Shown here: in pieces, positions 24,368-38,704 of the stretch
Position numbering within the stretch: position 1 is the stretch's first letter
Layout of the letters: every line of letters begins with the position of its first letter
Source of the DNA: Pseudogymnoascus verrucosus
Lineage: Eukaryota
Strand: one strand, 5' to 3'
Length of the DNA: 64,000 nucleotides
Assembly (NCBI GenBank): GCA_001662655.1
Contig: KV460220.1
Notes under the pieces: model-generated
What the model saw: only the letters and a program-made list of their open reading frames with translations
The model's database searches: none
Told to the model about the DNA's origin: nothing
Translations under genes and position numbers: made by a program

Positions 24368-27300
24368 CTATCCGCGTCTATTAATCGACTGCGTAGCCCC
24401 CTCCTGGACCGCCTTCAGGATCAACTCCTTCGCAATCTCCACCCCCTCCTCACTCCCACAAATCTCAATCGCCTCCCTCCCCTCCCCGCTCTTCGGCACA
24501 TCAATAGTGCACCCAGACTGCTTCCTAATAGCATTAACCTTCTGTCCGCCCTGGCCAATCACATAGCGGTACAGCCTTGGGTCTGGAAGTCCCAGGTACC
24601 CAGTCGTAGTAGTCGCCTGCGCCTGCTCAATCGCCGCAGCAACAGCAGCCTTGGCCTTCGCGACCGCCTCAGCGTCACCGCGGAGAACCCACGGGATCTC
24701 ACCCTCGATCTCGACAGGTGTGCAAGCGACGGTGTGGAAAGTGTGCGAATCCTCGCCCTCCTCCTGAGCATCAGTGATCAGCGGCAGCGGCGCGTCGTTC
24801 GCGGCGGCCTTCTTGGTAGATGGCTTAGCGGGGAGCTTCTGTCCAGCATGGTCGACGGTGACGCCGTGCTCGCGCTTGAGGACATGGAAGAGTTGGCCTC
24901 CGTTCGCGACGGCGTGGTGGTATTGCCTTGGAACCATGATAGTCTCGCCCTCATCCTGCTTTGTCAGCTCAGCGATGTGTTCAGCAGCGAGAGCGACGTC
25001 AGCGGGGAGACCAGATATCTTGATTCCGGTCTTGCCGGAGTCGCGGGCAGGAACGTCGAGGGCGACGCGGAATTGCGATTCGAGTGCCTTCTTGGCGTCG
25101 CCGCCACGACCGATGAGAGTGCGGTGCTGGGCGGTGGGGACGTCGATGACGGTGGTGGTTTGGGCTTCACGGGTGGCGACGACCTCGAGCATGGCGGCGA
25201 TGATCTTGTCGACAACAGCCTTGTTACCCTCAACCTTAATCTTGTTACCGTCCTCCTCGGCGCGGGGGAACTGCACTGTGCGTGCGAGTTCGCGGCGGTC
25301 ATCGGAGCCACCGGCCTTGACGATGATGTCGCGGAGATTGGAGCCTGGGATAATCGTTAGTTATGTATGGTTTTATATGAACAAAGGAGCAAACATACCT
25401 CCTGCACCGATCAGGGTACGGTGGTGCTTCTTCTCGATCTCAACAGTCTTAGAGACCGTGTCATCAAAGACAGCCTTCTTCTCTTCGATCAGTTTCTTGG
25501 CAGCGGCGACCTGGCTCTTCGTGCCCTTAACCTGGATCTCGACGAGACCAGTTGCGCTCTTTGCGTCACGGGATCCGGGAACATCGATCTTCGCGCCGGT
25601 GAGCTCGCGGAGCTCATCCAGTGCCTTTCCACCTTGGCCGATGAGCGATGGAACCTGGCTCTGCTGGACGTTGACGGTGGCAGAGAACGAGTTATCCTTC
25701 AGGTACTGGAGGAGCGAGAGAATCTCGTCGCGTGCCTCATCCGCACCCTTGGATGGACCCCTGATGGTAACCTCATCCTCTGGCTGCTGGCGACGACCGG
25801 CCCTTGGCGCGGTAGCCTCGCTGGCAGCAGCCTCGGACTGGTCGTCCCTGGCGGGGCGGGCGGATTTCGGAAAGTGGATCTGAACCTTGTACCTAGTCTG
25901 GAGCTTGTTGATCTGGTTACCCTGGGCTCCAATGAGCTCCCTGTGGTACTTCGGCTCAACCTTCAGGATGTGGGTAGACTCATCAGCCCACTGCTTGCCG
26001 AGCTTCTCGATGTGCGACTTGGCGGCCTCGGCCTTAGCCTTGGGACCCTTGAGGACGACCTTTCCGTCATCAACTTGGATCTCGACGTCGAACTTGTCGC
26101 GCAGCTCGCGGATGTTGCTGCCGCCCTTGCCGATGAGTTGGTTGGCGTACTTCTGGGGGAAGTCGAAGCCCATGGTGAAACCGCGCTCCTTCTCGTCAGA
26201 GATCTCTTGGACGACGAAGTCATTGATCTTGGCCACGAGGGCGTCGACCGACGAAGCTGGTCCGCGGAGGTTGACAATGCTGCCGGTGGCGTTGACGCGA
26301 ACGGGGATTTGGTCCGATGGGCGCGCCGCTTGCTCTTTCTTGATGAACTTCTTTAGTCTGTCGTGGAACTTCAATGGCACGTCGACGGACTCGGTCTTGA
26401 TTTCCTCTTGTCCACTGACGATGTTCAAGATGTAATCCCTGGCCTCCTGGAGGCTCTTCTGGAAGGCCTGGATCTCAGCAGGGGAAGGCTGGGTACGAGG
26501 AATCTGGTACTCCTCGTCCGCACTGGACGGACCCTCAAAAACGAGTAGGACCGGGGAAGAAGAGTCTCTATCATCCGGGATAACAGTGTAAACACCGAAC
26601 GCCTCCTGAACCTTGGGTACGACGTCGGAACGCAGGTGCTGGTGGAAAAATGGGTCTACAGGTACGTTCGCCATACGGGATGGGGGGTGGCCGTTAACGA
26701 TGCTGGTGATCTCAGATTGTGCGCGGATAGTGTTCTTTCCGTCACGAGAGTACAGCTCCCAAGGAGCGACACCATCCTGAAGAAGTTGGGTGACAATGTG
26801 AGCATCGTACTGCCTCTCGAGGCGCTCGATCTCCTTGCGGCGCTGCAAGTACTTAGTGACGTTCCTTGCGTGTGCGGTGGCGCCTCCTGGGGCATTGCGG
26901 TGCTGCCTGGAGATATCAACGTTGGTGGAGTGCATGCTAGAGGCTAAATCCATAGCCTTGTCAACACCCGATTGCAGGCGGTCGGAGGGGCCAATAATGG
27001 TGATCGTCTCATCCTCGGAGTCCTCAGGCAGGATAATCGCGCATCCGGTGTCAGCCAAGAATTGCTGAACAGGGATACCGCGGTCACCAACGATGAATTG
27101 ATGGCGTCCCTTGTTGATAGCGAGCTGCTCGACGGCCAATTGACTACGAAGCTCCTGAGCCTGCTGCTCAATAAAAGCCCTGGCCTGTTGAACAGCTAAC
27201 CTGTCTCCTGCAAGCGTGATGTGGTTGTTTGGTGCCGGGGGAAGGAAGTTTAATGGCTCCCCTGCGTTAGTAGGCTGTGGTGGCGGCTGGGTCCTCCACG

Positions 27301-28414
27301 TGTGATGCGCTGGGACATGTGCGCGAAGGTTCCTGCCTTCCTCAAGGCTGCTGATTCCAGCATTGTTTGGCCCAGCAATAAAGGGGTAAAACTCAGCAGG
27401 GATTCCACGCATCCTGTGCGTAACAGTAGCTGTGCGCTCGCCGGCGATCTTCTCAACTTCGCGCCTGGCCATCTCGGCAGCGAGAGCGTTACCCTCAATG
27501 AGGATATCGACGGTCGCATCATCATCGTCCTCATCGACTGGCGCAGCGGATGGGTCGACCTTTGGCATCTGGATGCGGGCTCCTGTCTTCTCTTGCAGAG
27601 CCTTAATCACCGATCCTCCCTTGCCAATGATGTGTGCCCTCGCAGAGCGAGGGATTGCGACCTGAATAGACTGCTTGGCGCCAATTTGCTCAACAACGTC
27701 CTTGAGGGCTTGTCTGCATGCATCCTGGGGCCCAACGGCGCTGAACCAAAGCAGGCCAGCGTTTCCTGTGGTGACGGTCACAGTCGCCTTGGACTTCCTG
27801 TTGATGTCCTTGAGGACGTCGGCCAAAGGCCTCTTCATCTGGTTCCTGGGGAGGAGCTGGTTCGGCGCGAGAGAGATTCGCTCCGAATGCCTTCCTGGGA
27901 TGGAGAAGTTGCCAGGTCCGCTGGATGGCGTAGACGCAGAGGTGGGTGTGGCGGCGCCTGATGTTGGGGCCGATCCGCCCTCGTGTGGAGTCGATCCATT
28001 GGTGCCATTGGTGCTGGTAGAGCTGACAATAGCTGGCTTCTTTCCGCTCCAGATAGATGCCACCGAAGGCGCATTCTGGGATTTGCCACCTCCTAACTCT
28101 GGGAATAGCTCGTGCGAGCGTGTGTCCAAGCCAGCCTTCTCCTTCGCAGGTTGCTCAGTGGCCTTTTGCTTTCCGGCGGCCTTTGCTGATGCGGTCGGGG
28201 CCCATGTGGGAACTGCTTCTTCGGTGTCGTTGATAGCTTCTAAGACGCTGGTGGATTTCGGGGCCTCGCCGTGTCCAATGACATCGTCCTCGTCTGCGAT
28301 CTCCTCTATGGTGGGGTTGTGTGCCTCGTGCTTCTGCATGAGCTTCTGGGCGGCTGAGAGCTCATTGGAGGTGCCATTGGCCACGGGCAAGTTCGAATCG
28401 ATGGGTGCAGCCAT
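24368..28414 (-). CDS. SCP160: Vigilin/Scp160 multi-KH-domain RNA-binding protein (intron near 25350-25398)
   Basis: Many KH GxxG motifs: HIIGKGGSVIK, QLIGKGGSNIR, ELIGAQGNQIN, SLIGQGGKALD, TLIGAGG, TLIGRGG, YVIGQGGQKVN. 1013 aa and 302 aa ORFs joined by one intron. Confidence 0.92.
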
Positions 28415-30374
28415 TGCGTGTTGATGTATATAGCCTTGAAAGGTGAGATTGATTAAGATGACGACTTGGGAAGTTGGCCGCGTGCAACTGAGTGCCAGAC
28501 AGTGTCTGGGCTGACAGCATTGTTAGCCAGAGATAAATAATAAAGACTCATTGGAAAGGCAGCCTGCAGTGGTGGTAATTGTACGTACAGAATATAGGGG
28601 TTTTGGAGGCGGATTGGGGGCTGGTCAAAATATTTGGCCAGATGCCTTATGACAGAAGAGGACACGCAGGCGTATGAGGATGGGGAGCAGACTCGGGGCG
28701 TTTCTAGGACGATTGCATGCAGGGCGGCGGGAATTGAGACGCAATAAGTATACTGAGAGAATATTATCGGGCTTCTGCACAAGCAGGAGATGTAGAAAAG
28801 GAGAGAGGCTGAAAGAATATATGAGGTGATGGAAGCGTATTCATTCCCTTTCGGCACTGGGACTAATATAATCATGGGGGAGTGAATTAAAGCACCACCA
28901 CTTTCTGGTCCAAACGGCGCTAATGGGACAAGCGAGCCTCTGGAACAACCCCGGGCGTTCTGTAGGGGTTTAAAATGTTCCCAACGCCAGAAATGGGAGG
29001 CAACGTAGCAGTTCGAGGAAGATCTGGATATAAAGAGAGATCTGGCTTCAATATTTGGCTAATACCTGGTCGAATTTTGAGAATTTTGTACCTGATTTAC
29101 CTTTGCTTTGTGTGTTGATTGATTGATTGTCTCTGTCCGGTCCCAATTGCTGAAGGTTCCCGTTGTCGGCGGGCGAGCTTTGTCCAACGTCGCCGCCACC
29201 ACTCGGGATCATTGGCGATCCCGGAGCATGTCCGGGCGGGCCATGGTGCTGATGCCACGAGGCGCATATTTCGTCAAACGTCGCCGATGACTTGAAGAGC
29301 ATTATCTTCGGGGCCCATCGCCATCGGCGCGTTCCACGGCAGCTTCACAGCCAACCCATTGTGACCATACGGACATGCGCCATCAACAGCAAAAGAACCA
29401 ATTGATGAGTGAGAAAGAGATGAGATGGACGGACGGGACCGGTATTTGATATCCGCTTCTACATTGGAGGACGGGCCACGTATGGCGGGAGTATGTGTGG
29501 AATGGGTGGAATGGGGACCTCACTCCACAATGGAAGCGCGGAATTTTGATGGTCTGTCGTGCTCACTCGGTGCGCATGAGCTGCGCAACCAGGGATAGTT
29601 CCGGTCCGACCCTCTCCCACGATCGCTCACCTCAGAACGGAGAGCTGGTGGTGGCGGAATGGGAGGACGGAAGAGTACAGTACATCCTGTCTCCGAGATG
29701 TGCAGATTAGGCAGTTCATCACTCGGGAGTGGTGTTGGGTTGGTTGCCCGATGTTCCGAGCTGGAGATGCCGTTTTACTGCATGATGGAGGGGCATGCTG
29801 GAGGGAACTACCAACAGCCTAGGTAGGTTGGGTAGGTACAGCTCGGCGGCAGGGTGAGGATGAGGACGTTCCTGTTCGTTCGTCCATGTTTATGTACCTC
29901 ACGGAACATTGGCTGCATGTCTGGTCTCTTTAGTCTCGTTTGGGCAGCCCGGCAACATGGATAGAGTGGTCTTCTTACTCGACACAGGCGCGTATTAACA
30001 GTTACGAAGTTTTCATCAGGATCATTTGCACGAGGGAGGATTGGGCGTCGATCGTGTGTTTATATGTGTGTAAAAATACATCACGGCGTTGCTAGGTTGG
30101 GAGTCGGTCGTGTGTGTGTGGTGTGGATTTGTTTGAGAGTGCAGGCGCCTGTTCCTTTGCTATCTCTTTTTTGACACAGGCTAATAAAGTGTACAGTACT
30201 TACGCAATACTATATCTCCCAGAGAGGAAAAGTCGCAATTTATATAGCTCTCATAGGGCGGGTTTTCTAGGTCCTCTCATCTCCATCTCTATCTGAGTAT
30301 GGAATGTGCTGGTAGCTGGTAGTAGTGTTGGTGAACTGGCATTCTCATTTCTCGCCTTCTCCTCTGAAAATCCC

Positions 30375-30445
30375 TTCTCGATCCCCTTCTCGATCCCCTT
30401 CTCGATCCCTTTTCGATCCCTTTTCGAGACCCTTCGATTCCCCTT
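30375..30445. repeat. Imperfect 12-bp tandem repeat (TTCTCGATCCCC) in the SCP160-STE20 divergent intergenic region
   Basis: Read directly: ttctcgatcccc x3 then degenerate units. Confidence 0.7.
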
Positions 30446-31618
30446 CTTCATGCCCTGATCTGATCCCCTCAACGACCATCCCAACCCATCGTTTCTCCGA
30501 CCCCAAACGTCCCTCTTGAAAACAGAAACCGAACAGAAACCACTTGCACCGCCCCATTGCATACTCGTATACTATGTATATACTCTGTAGGGCCTAGGGG
30601 CTTTAATGCGGACAAACAGAACAACGATTCACAGCCACAGCGACTGATCAGTCACCCCTTCAGGCCTCTTGCTGGTTGTTCTATGTGTTCTTTGCTCCAT
30701 ACTTCATGTTTCCATGTACTGTATGTGCATATATACATACAAGTACTCTTACCCCATCTACCTACTCTGCAACACACTTCACAGACAGATTGTGCATGAG
30801 GGGCGGAGTAGTCCACTACTAACGCCCATTACTCGTCCTCATTGGTCGAATTGCCCTAGAACAAACAGCTACCCACCATATTTCCCCCCTCCGACCCAGT
30901 TAATGTTAGTACTCTAGACTGCCTCTAGACTGCACTACTCCGTACACTACTATTCACTACTATTCACTACTCTCCACTACTCTGTACACTTACTCCGTGC
31001 TCCAAACAACACTTCGGAGTGGCAGAGTGGTAGAATAAGGTACTCTCTCTAGGAAAGGTACTTAACCTTACTACACAATTAGTATACAATTAGTATACAC
31101 TTTGTTCCTGTTTTTATGTACCTTTTCTAATGTTAGTACTCCTGGTCCTAACAACTAACAGTAACAAACACCACTAACAACAGTTACTGTGAGAACTGTG
31201 GCAATCCACACCCACTTTACCACTTTACTACCACTTTACCACTGCTGTACCACCGAAACTGCGCAACCTCCCAAACCCAGAAAGGAACCTATCCCATCCT
31301 ATCCTGTCCTATCCTATCCAACTTTACGACTATTTACGACCAATCTACCAATTTCTATACCACTATACCACTATACCACTATACCAACTATACACTCTAC
31401 GCGACACTACGCCGCCTTCAGCAAAACTGTGACCATCATCCCTCTTCGTCCTACCTCTCAACTTGCTCTTCCTCGATATCTCCCCGCTTCCTCCTCTGCC
31501 GCCCTGTCCTCCCGCCCAGTCGGAAAAAGTGTGAGAGTGTGATAGAGACAGAGAGTGTGAGAGAGTGTGTGAGAGAGACAAAAATAAATCTCGCCTCTTC
31601 TCCCCCGTGAGACCTGTC

Positions 31619-34394
31619 ATGGAGGAGATTAAGAGCACAACCCGCAGATTGACGAAGAAACCGCCTCCACACCTCCACCAGTCCGTCTCTCGCGCCTCCG
31701 ATTCCACCTCCAACTCTCGACTCGACAACCTCTCAATCCGCAGTCAACGCAGTTCCACCAGCCTCCAACGCGCACCCTCTGCGCCCTTCCCGCGCACCCA
31801 TAACAACAACAACTCTGGCCACGTGCGAACGATAACCTCGCCCAGTTTCGCCGCGTACAGCTCTTCCAACTCGTCTCTCGATCGCCCCGGCGGCGGTCCA
31901 TCTCCAATCCTGGCGGGCAACGAGCTGCACGCCCCCTCGGGGGCGCAGAATGTTGGGAAGCGACACTCCAACCCGCAACCGCGCGGTCTGCTCGAGACAT
32001 CTTCCGAAGAATTCGTCGGCGCGCCGTTTGATGGCACGGGCATACTCAATCAGATGGATGCGTCGACGGCGTCCGGATACCAGAACTCGCTGCGGCGGCC
32101 GCCACCCCCACCTCTCTCGCATACGACCCCGTTGCCACAAACCACGAGCCCGGCGTTAAGGCACTCGGCGAGCTTTTCGAACGACCGCAATGAGAAAAAT
32201 GTATCTAGGACGAACGAGAATCAGATAATTAGTCCGAAGAGGTACTCGGACGAGACGAATCAGCCGAAGAATTTCGCTTTGCGCAAGAAGACAGGGTTTT
32301 CAGGGTTCATGAACAGCTTAGTTGGGTCCCCGCGGCGCGTTAATATCTCGGCACCAGAGAATCCAGTACACGTTACGCACGTAGGGTACGATAATGACAC
32401 AGGGAAGTTTATTGTGAGTATATTCGCAACGAGAATGGTCGCGCGATGAGGCTAATCAATGGTACAGGGCCTCCCGAAGGAGTGGCAGCGATTACTTAAC
32501 GACAGCGGTATCACGAAGAAGGAGCAGGAACAAAATCCACAAGCGGCCTACGATATCGTGAACTTCTACAAGGACAATGCAGGAAAGGCAGAAGATGACA
32601 CCGTATGGGAGAAGTTCGACCATGCGCGAGCACAAGACCCGCGGACGCCTGGGACGATGTCCCCGCCGATCACCTCTCCGAACTATGCGGCGGCTATGAG
32701 CCCGATGATGAGCCCACCTGCGAGTCCTCGATTCCCACCTACGGAAACAAGCTTTGAGAATCCGCGGTCGCCGCCGCCGGTACCCCGCTCGACCCCCATG
32801 ATGTCTACTGGGCCCTTTGTTCCAAAAGATACCGGGTTAGTGCCGAGCAGGCCAGCCCCAAAACCACCAGCCAGTGGTCCAGGCCGGGCTGCTCCTACGC
32901 CTCCAATAATCGTCAAGGATACTGGCGTTCCGCGACAAAGCACCGATCTTCCCGCGTTAACCTACGTCCCTCCGGCTGAATCCCAGAATGGGATGGCTAT
33001 GCTACCCGAAGAACACCGTTCGCGCTCGAGGTCGAATTCGAAAGCAGCTGGACCCTCGCCGTACGCCCAACCGCCACAGCAGCAAGCGCAGCCACAGCCA
33101 TTGTCCCCACAGCAGATCTATCAACAGCAAATAGTGAAGCAGCAGGAGCAGGCAATGACCCAGGCGCAACAGGCCATGAGCGTGCAGCGCAGCCAGAGCA
33201 AGCGTCAACAGACCCAGCAGCCAACTCCACCCCACTCCCAGCACCAACCCGCCCGCGCCGTAGCGGATCCCAATGGCATTCCAGCCCCTAACACGCAAGC
33301 CCGGAATGTGCCAGGACCGCGCCCGCGCCAACGCGCGCGACAGAGCACGAGCCTGGATATCGTTGACCGACTGAAGAGGATCTGTACGGACGCTGATCCG
33401 CGGGAGATTTACAGGAACCTGAATAAGATTGGGCAGGGAGCGTCTGGTGGCGTTTACATGGCGTATGAGCGCGTGACCAACCGCTGTGTTGCGATCAAGC
33501 AGATGAACCTCGAGCAGCAGCCAAAGAAGGATCTGATTATTAATGAGATCTTGGTGATGAAGGATAGCTCGCATCCTAATATTGTCAACTTTATCGATAG
33601 TTACCTTGTTGGTGGCGATTTGTGGGTCACGATGGAGTATATGGAGGGAGGTAGCTTGACGGATGTCGTGACGTTCAATATCATGACTGAGGGTCAAATT
33701 GCGTCCGTCTGCCGCGAGACGCTCAAGGGGCTGCAGCATTTGCACTCCAAGGGCGTTATCCACCGCGACATCAAGTCGGATAACATCCTTCTCTCCATGG
33801 ACGGCAACATCAAACTTAGTAAGTTCCAATAACCCCACTAACCCCACTAAAACCCTTGCTAACACCCCACCAGCCGACTTCGGCTTCTGCGCCCAAATCA
33901 ACGAATCCCACAACAAGCGCACCACCATGGTCGGCACCCCCTACTGGATGGCTCCCGAGGTTGTCACGCGCAAGGAGTACGGCCGCAAAGTCGACATCTG
34001 GTCCCTCGGCATCATGGCCATCGAGATGATCGAGGGCGAGCCGCCGTACCTCACCGAGTCGCCGCTGCGCGCCCTCTGGCTCATCGCTACGAATGGCACG
34101 CCGGCGATCAAGGACGAGGCGGCGCTGTCGCCGGTGTTTAGGGATTTCTTGTACTTTGCGCTTAAGGTTGATCCTGAGAAGAGGGCGTCGGCTCATGATT
34201 TGTTGAGGGTATGTTGTCCCCTTTTTTATCCCCACTTATCTCCCCCTTTTGTGTCGGTAGAATGGTGAACCCAAGCTAACGATGCCGAATAGCACGACTT
34301 CATGAAACTCTGCTCCGACCTCAACCAGCTCTCCCCCCTCGTCGTCTCAGCGCGCAAAGCGCGCCAGCAAGAGCGCGCTATGAAGGGGAACTAA
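31619..34394 (+). CDS. STE20: PAK-family Ser/Thr kinase Ste20, multi-exon
   Basis: [30 protein letters not shown]; kinase [64 protein letters not shown]. No PH domain, so not Cla4. Confidence 0.93.
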
Positions 34395-35662
34395 GATACC
34401 CCGCAGCGTTTCGTATCGCAAGCGCCTGTATCGTTGTTGCAGCAACCCCCCTTATTTTTCGGGTTATTTTTATTTATCTTTTTGTGATGATTCTTATTTT
34501 TACTTTTTTAGTTTTTTTTTTGGAATGATGCGATTGTAGTCTTGTGACAGAGAGACAGACTCAGCATGGCGTTTTGGGCGTTTTTGTGCCATGGGATGGG
34601 GCACAAACTTCTCAACTCGGATGTAGTGGAGAGGGGTATGAGAGATGTTGAATGGAGATATGGACGGGGTTGGTGGAGACATGAGGAAGGGGGATGCGGA
34701 ATACCAAGAACTTTTTGTGAAAAAGTCGATGAGCGTTTTTAAAGAGGAGGATATTTGAAATATTTTCTTTTGTCTTTTTGAGAGAGGATGTGATGATGCA
34801 GAGATGAGGACGATGAGTGAGGGAGGAAGGAGGTGTATATATCATGCCGTTTATATGGCCTGTGATCTAGGACTGGACCGGACAGGACAGGGATGAGGCG
34901 GGCTCTCATGGCGGGGCCCTTTGGGGTTGATTTAAGGGTACGATTTTTTGATGGGAGGATGGATTATGTATGGAGAATTTTTATTGCCCGCCCAAGAGAT
35001 GGCTGATGGCTGGATGAAAGGGGGTGGGTGGGTAAAAGCTTGAATAGAACGCTAGTGATCATGGATCTAATCTCTGCCCTTTCGCTCTCTCTCTACTTTG
35101 CTTGATCTATACTTATTGTTGTAGATGTCTTGATATTGCAACTACTGATTTTTTACCCCTCGGGTGGCTGTTATCCGGAGTCCTTCTCTTATACTTTTCG
35201 ACAAGACAAGCGGAGGTTTGCTCAAGGTGTTGGAAGCTTTGGAACAAGAGTTGTGGGTAACATCAGGCGACATTTTTTTGTCTGCGAATCGGCATATTCT
35301 TACTTCTTCCCATTTCGCTGCGCAAGTGGATTCGGGGTTGATAATCTTTGATTTCCATGGAAGAGCGGTTGCCATGATTCATGGCAGGTGTGCGAAATAA
35401 AGCAGCATGGAGTTGGATGCAGCATAGCATGTGTAATTGGTCTGGCCTTGGGTATCTGCCCAAGCTGTTACTGGCAAAACTCTACCACGACTACCACTCG
35501 CATTTGTTGCTGAGATAGTAACCATCATGAGAACCTTGCCATCGTTTCGTATGGTCGAGGAGTTGAAAACATGGGCGAGGGTACAGGCTAGATTCGATGA
35601 GCTGTTTCTAGCTCTGTTCTGTTGCCACTCTATTCCTGTCGTGGCCCACGACTCTCTCACCG

Positions 35663-35739
35663 TCACAACTCTCTTGTAATCACAACTCTCTTGTAATCAC
35701 AACTCTCTTGTAATCACAACTCTCTTGTAATCACAACTC
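35663..35739. repeat. Tandem repeat, 17-bp unit TCACAACTCTCTTGTAA x4.5
   Basis: Perfect units read directly. Confidence 0.9.
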
Positions 35740-36582
35740 GCCTCCTGTCACGCGCAGCATAATGCAAGCACGTCTATTTCCTGTACCTCCACGATGAAGT
35801 GGTAGACGCCAGCGTTGTCGATGAATGTTCGTATATCATATATGTGAATTATTTGCTGTACTAACATACCGCGCCAGGAGCAGGACCGCAACAAGGCCGA
35901 TCTAGACCTGAAGTAGTTGACAAACTTTACTACATTCTGTGAGTTTTGTCTCATTTGTGTTGCTACGCCCATCATGTCAGCCTGTTATATGTTAACCTCT
36001 CTTCATAGATGCATGAACATAACATAGACTTACATATCTCCTTGGATTGTTCTGTTGTATATACGCCATGACTTGCCTCGAAATTCCCACTGATGCATAT
36101 CCGACATATTTTTTAGTTACCTCAGCTGCCCGTGGGCTCTCTAGGTGGCATACGACTGCTATTAATGCCTAGGTTGGTAGACCAACAGGAGGTTCGGGCA
36201 GACGTGCAATATCGCCGACAGCGTCATGTCGGAGATGATGAGTCCGAATAGGCGCAAGCAGCCCAGGTCCGAGTCCGTCCCTAAGGCCCCTTAAACAATA
36301 GTGATCTTGAATAATTCATCGTGTGGAGAGGTTGTTATTACAGCTTCTCGGCAGGGATTGCATTATCCATGGTTTATCAGCACTACTCTAGTCATAACTA
36401 AGTTCAGTCTAAAAAAGCATTATTTAAATAGATGGACAGGATGCCACAGTGCCAGTAGAGATATACAACCTAGAAAAACGAGTGAGACATGCCAATGCAT
36501 TGAGTGCGTGCCACGTCTAGATGTATAAAAGCTGCCTGCCCTCCTACTAATCGTAGATTCCTACGAGTCGGATGGGAAAAGA

Positions 36583-36694
36583 CTATGGCAGCAAGAGAGC
36601 CGCGACAGCGAGAGAACTGTATGGCAGCAAAATAACCGCGCGACAGCAAAAGAGCCGTACGACAGCAAGAGAGCCTTACGACGGCAAGAAAACC
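36583..36694. repeat. Imperfect 17-19-bp tandem repeat (~CGACAGCAAGAGAGCCG) x~6
   Basis: tggcagcaagagagccg / cgacagcgagagaactg / tggcagcaaaataaccg / cgacagcaaaagagccg / cgacagcaagagagcct / cgacggcaagaaaacc. Confidence 0.65.
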
Positions 36695-38650
36695 TCAGCG
36701 AATGTGGGAACGATACCACGAACGAAGTTTCATAGCTGCTCTCCATTGAGCCGCCTGTTCATCTTTCGACTTTTTGGCTTCCTACCCGCACATCTGGTCA
36801 TTCGAACACAGGTCCTCGTAGGTTTATTAGCTTTCTCCAGATATAATATCATTCCAGTACCCGGTCAGTGCGGACGCCCACTACTTGCACAATCACTGTT
36901 ATCGTAACAATGAGCTCCATTGTCTATTCTCAGGCTCTAACTTGACGGTGTCTATGGTTCTTCTTCGAAGGGTTGGCTCCATGAATACCTCTACATTTGA
37001 AGGGTTCTCATCACAAGCTCATTGCGGGTGAGTACACGCTTGCCAGCCATCTCAGAAAATGTAATCTTCTTTGGAGTATGTCTTCTACCTCTTCGAGCAT
37101 ATTACTTCTCCTTGCTCGTCAAAAACAACAGAATTTCTCAACTAACAGGCAATCGTACTGTGTTGTCGTACAGGGGCCAGCTTCCTCCCCAGCAACGAAA
37201 GCGGCACTTGTGAATCCATCTCATATCTTTGTTACTACCACGGGCCGAATCGACAAGCGCCCAAAACCCACAACCTCTGGAGCGTCGCATTCAGCCCATC
37301 GGCCCTTCTTTTCGCAACTCACGCCACAACACATGTCTTGGGGGACCAACCGAGGTCTCATCTGTTGGATCTTGAGATGCACACTGCAGTGCAACATCAA
37401 AGAGCTGTCAACCTCGATGGTAACACAGGGTGGTTGCGTTTGCGTCTGTCTGTACTACCTTAGGCGTGCGACTCGGGCTGGATGTAAAGTTCATTCAGGT
37501 TCTATAAGCGACTGGGATGTACGAGCTGGTCCGAGCAGCTACATCAGATGACACATTGCAACCCCATGAGAAAACAATTTGGACAGACCCGGCGGTATGG
37601 TTCTGAAGGATGAGGTCAACAGCCATTGGTGTGTTATCTCCCATATTCTCGGATTAGAGATATGATAGTTGGCGCTGTACATTTCTCGTTCGTGCTTGGT
37701 TATTCATGCAAGGGCACTGTGTCAGCATTTCAGACAACATCTCTCGGGATTATCCATGTCAGATTTGATACCAAGGCGGCTCTTCTGGACTACCATGCCA
37801 CTACATTGTCTCAAGCCGAGATAGCCGCTACCGTAGTGGATTTGATATATCGCGCGGGCATCTGGGAAAGATCGGAGCTAGGAAGCGCTATCGCCTATTT
37901 GTCTCATCTTGATAGCGGCAAACTATTTCTCTCTTTGAGAAATTTTCTGAGATGCGCCCTTACATTCGATGGCAGGGATACAGCTACCTTCACTCCCATC
38001 TCCGGACGAAATACTGGGACGGAATGAAAACTGTCCATTTGATGGCCGGGGATAATACTTTTAGGGCGGCCTTGCATTCTCCCATCCCTTGCTTTAATGT
38101 CATTCCTTTCACAAGAATTGCAACCATCGTGTCAGTGCATCATGGTGCGACGCGTCGGACTTGAGTCTGGAATGGGGAATCCGATATGCCCCTCCATTTA
38201 CTCCTTTGTTCCCCGCAATCTGATGGACGGCTCTTGAACCTCTATTTCATCTCCCCCTTGCTTAACTTTCTTCCACAGTACTACGTCGCTTACAAGCTTT
38301 CCAGCTTTCACGCTTGTATTTAAGCGCCCTTGCCTTGCTTCCTGCACTCCAGCTCAGACCCCACGCTGGCAATCCAGGGTTCACAGTCGAACGCATCCCG
38401 TGCTTGATAACCCTGGGAACCAAACCGTCTATCTAGCTTGACTGACTGCCGGCACTGTTATGGGCACCGAGGGCTCAATGCTCTGAAACCAGAATCTATC
38501 ATGCTCCGGCGGTTAAACTTGGAGTACAATTGGCATGGACAGGGGTGGGGCATGAGAATGTCAATTTTACATTTGCCTGTCGACGAGCTTCATTTCCGAT
38601 GGCCCTATGACCGATACCAGCTTTGGGCAATTGGTATTAGGACCTATGGG

Positions 38651-38704
38651 CTAGCTATGGGTACGGCCTGGTAATTACTAGCTATGGGTACGGCCTGGTA
38701 ATTA
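38651..38704. repeat. Perfect 27-bp direct duplication CTAGCTATGGGTACGGCCTGGTAATTA x2
   Basis: Read directly. Confidence 0.9.

Noticed and set aside
24734..28424. Long plus-strand ORFs (369, 329, 249, 219 aa) opposite SCP160, and similar antisense ORFs opposite STE20, MAS2 and 19077-20969
   Set aside because: They are shadows of GC-rich, codon-biased genes on the other strand and have no independent motifs.
36997..38164. ORFs of 184, 133 and 70 aa as real genes
   Set aside because: Two of the three starts are non-ATG, the frames are broken and no motif is recognisable. Possibly decayed gene debris, but no call can be supported.
21366..38704. Short direct repeats (21366, 23112, 35663, 38651) as CRISPR-like arrays
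   Set aside because: Units are adjacent with no unique spacers, and the context is eukaryotic. They are ordinary slippage duplications.
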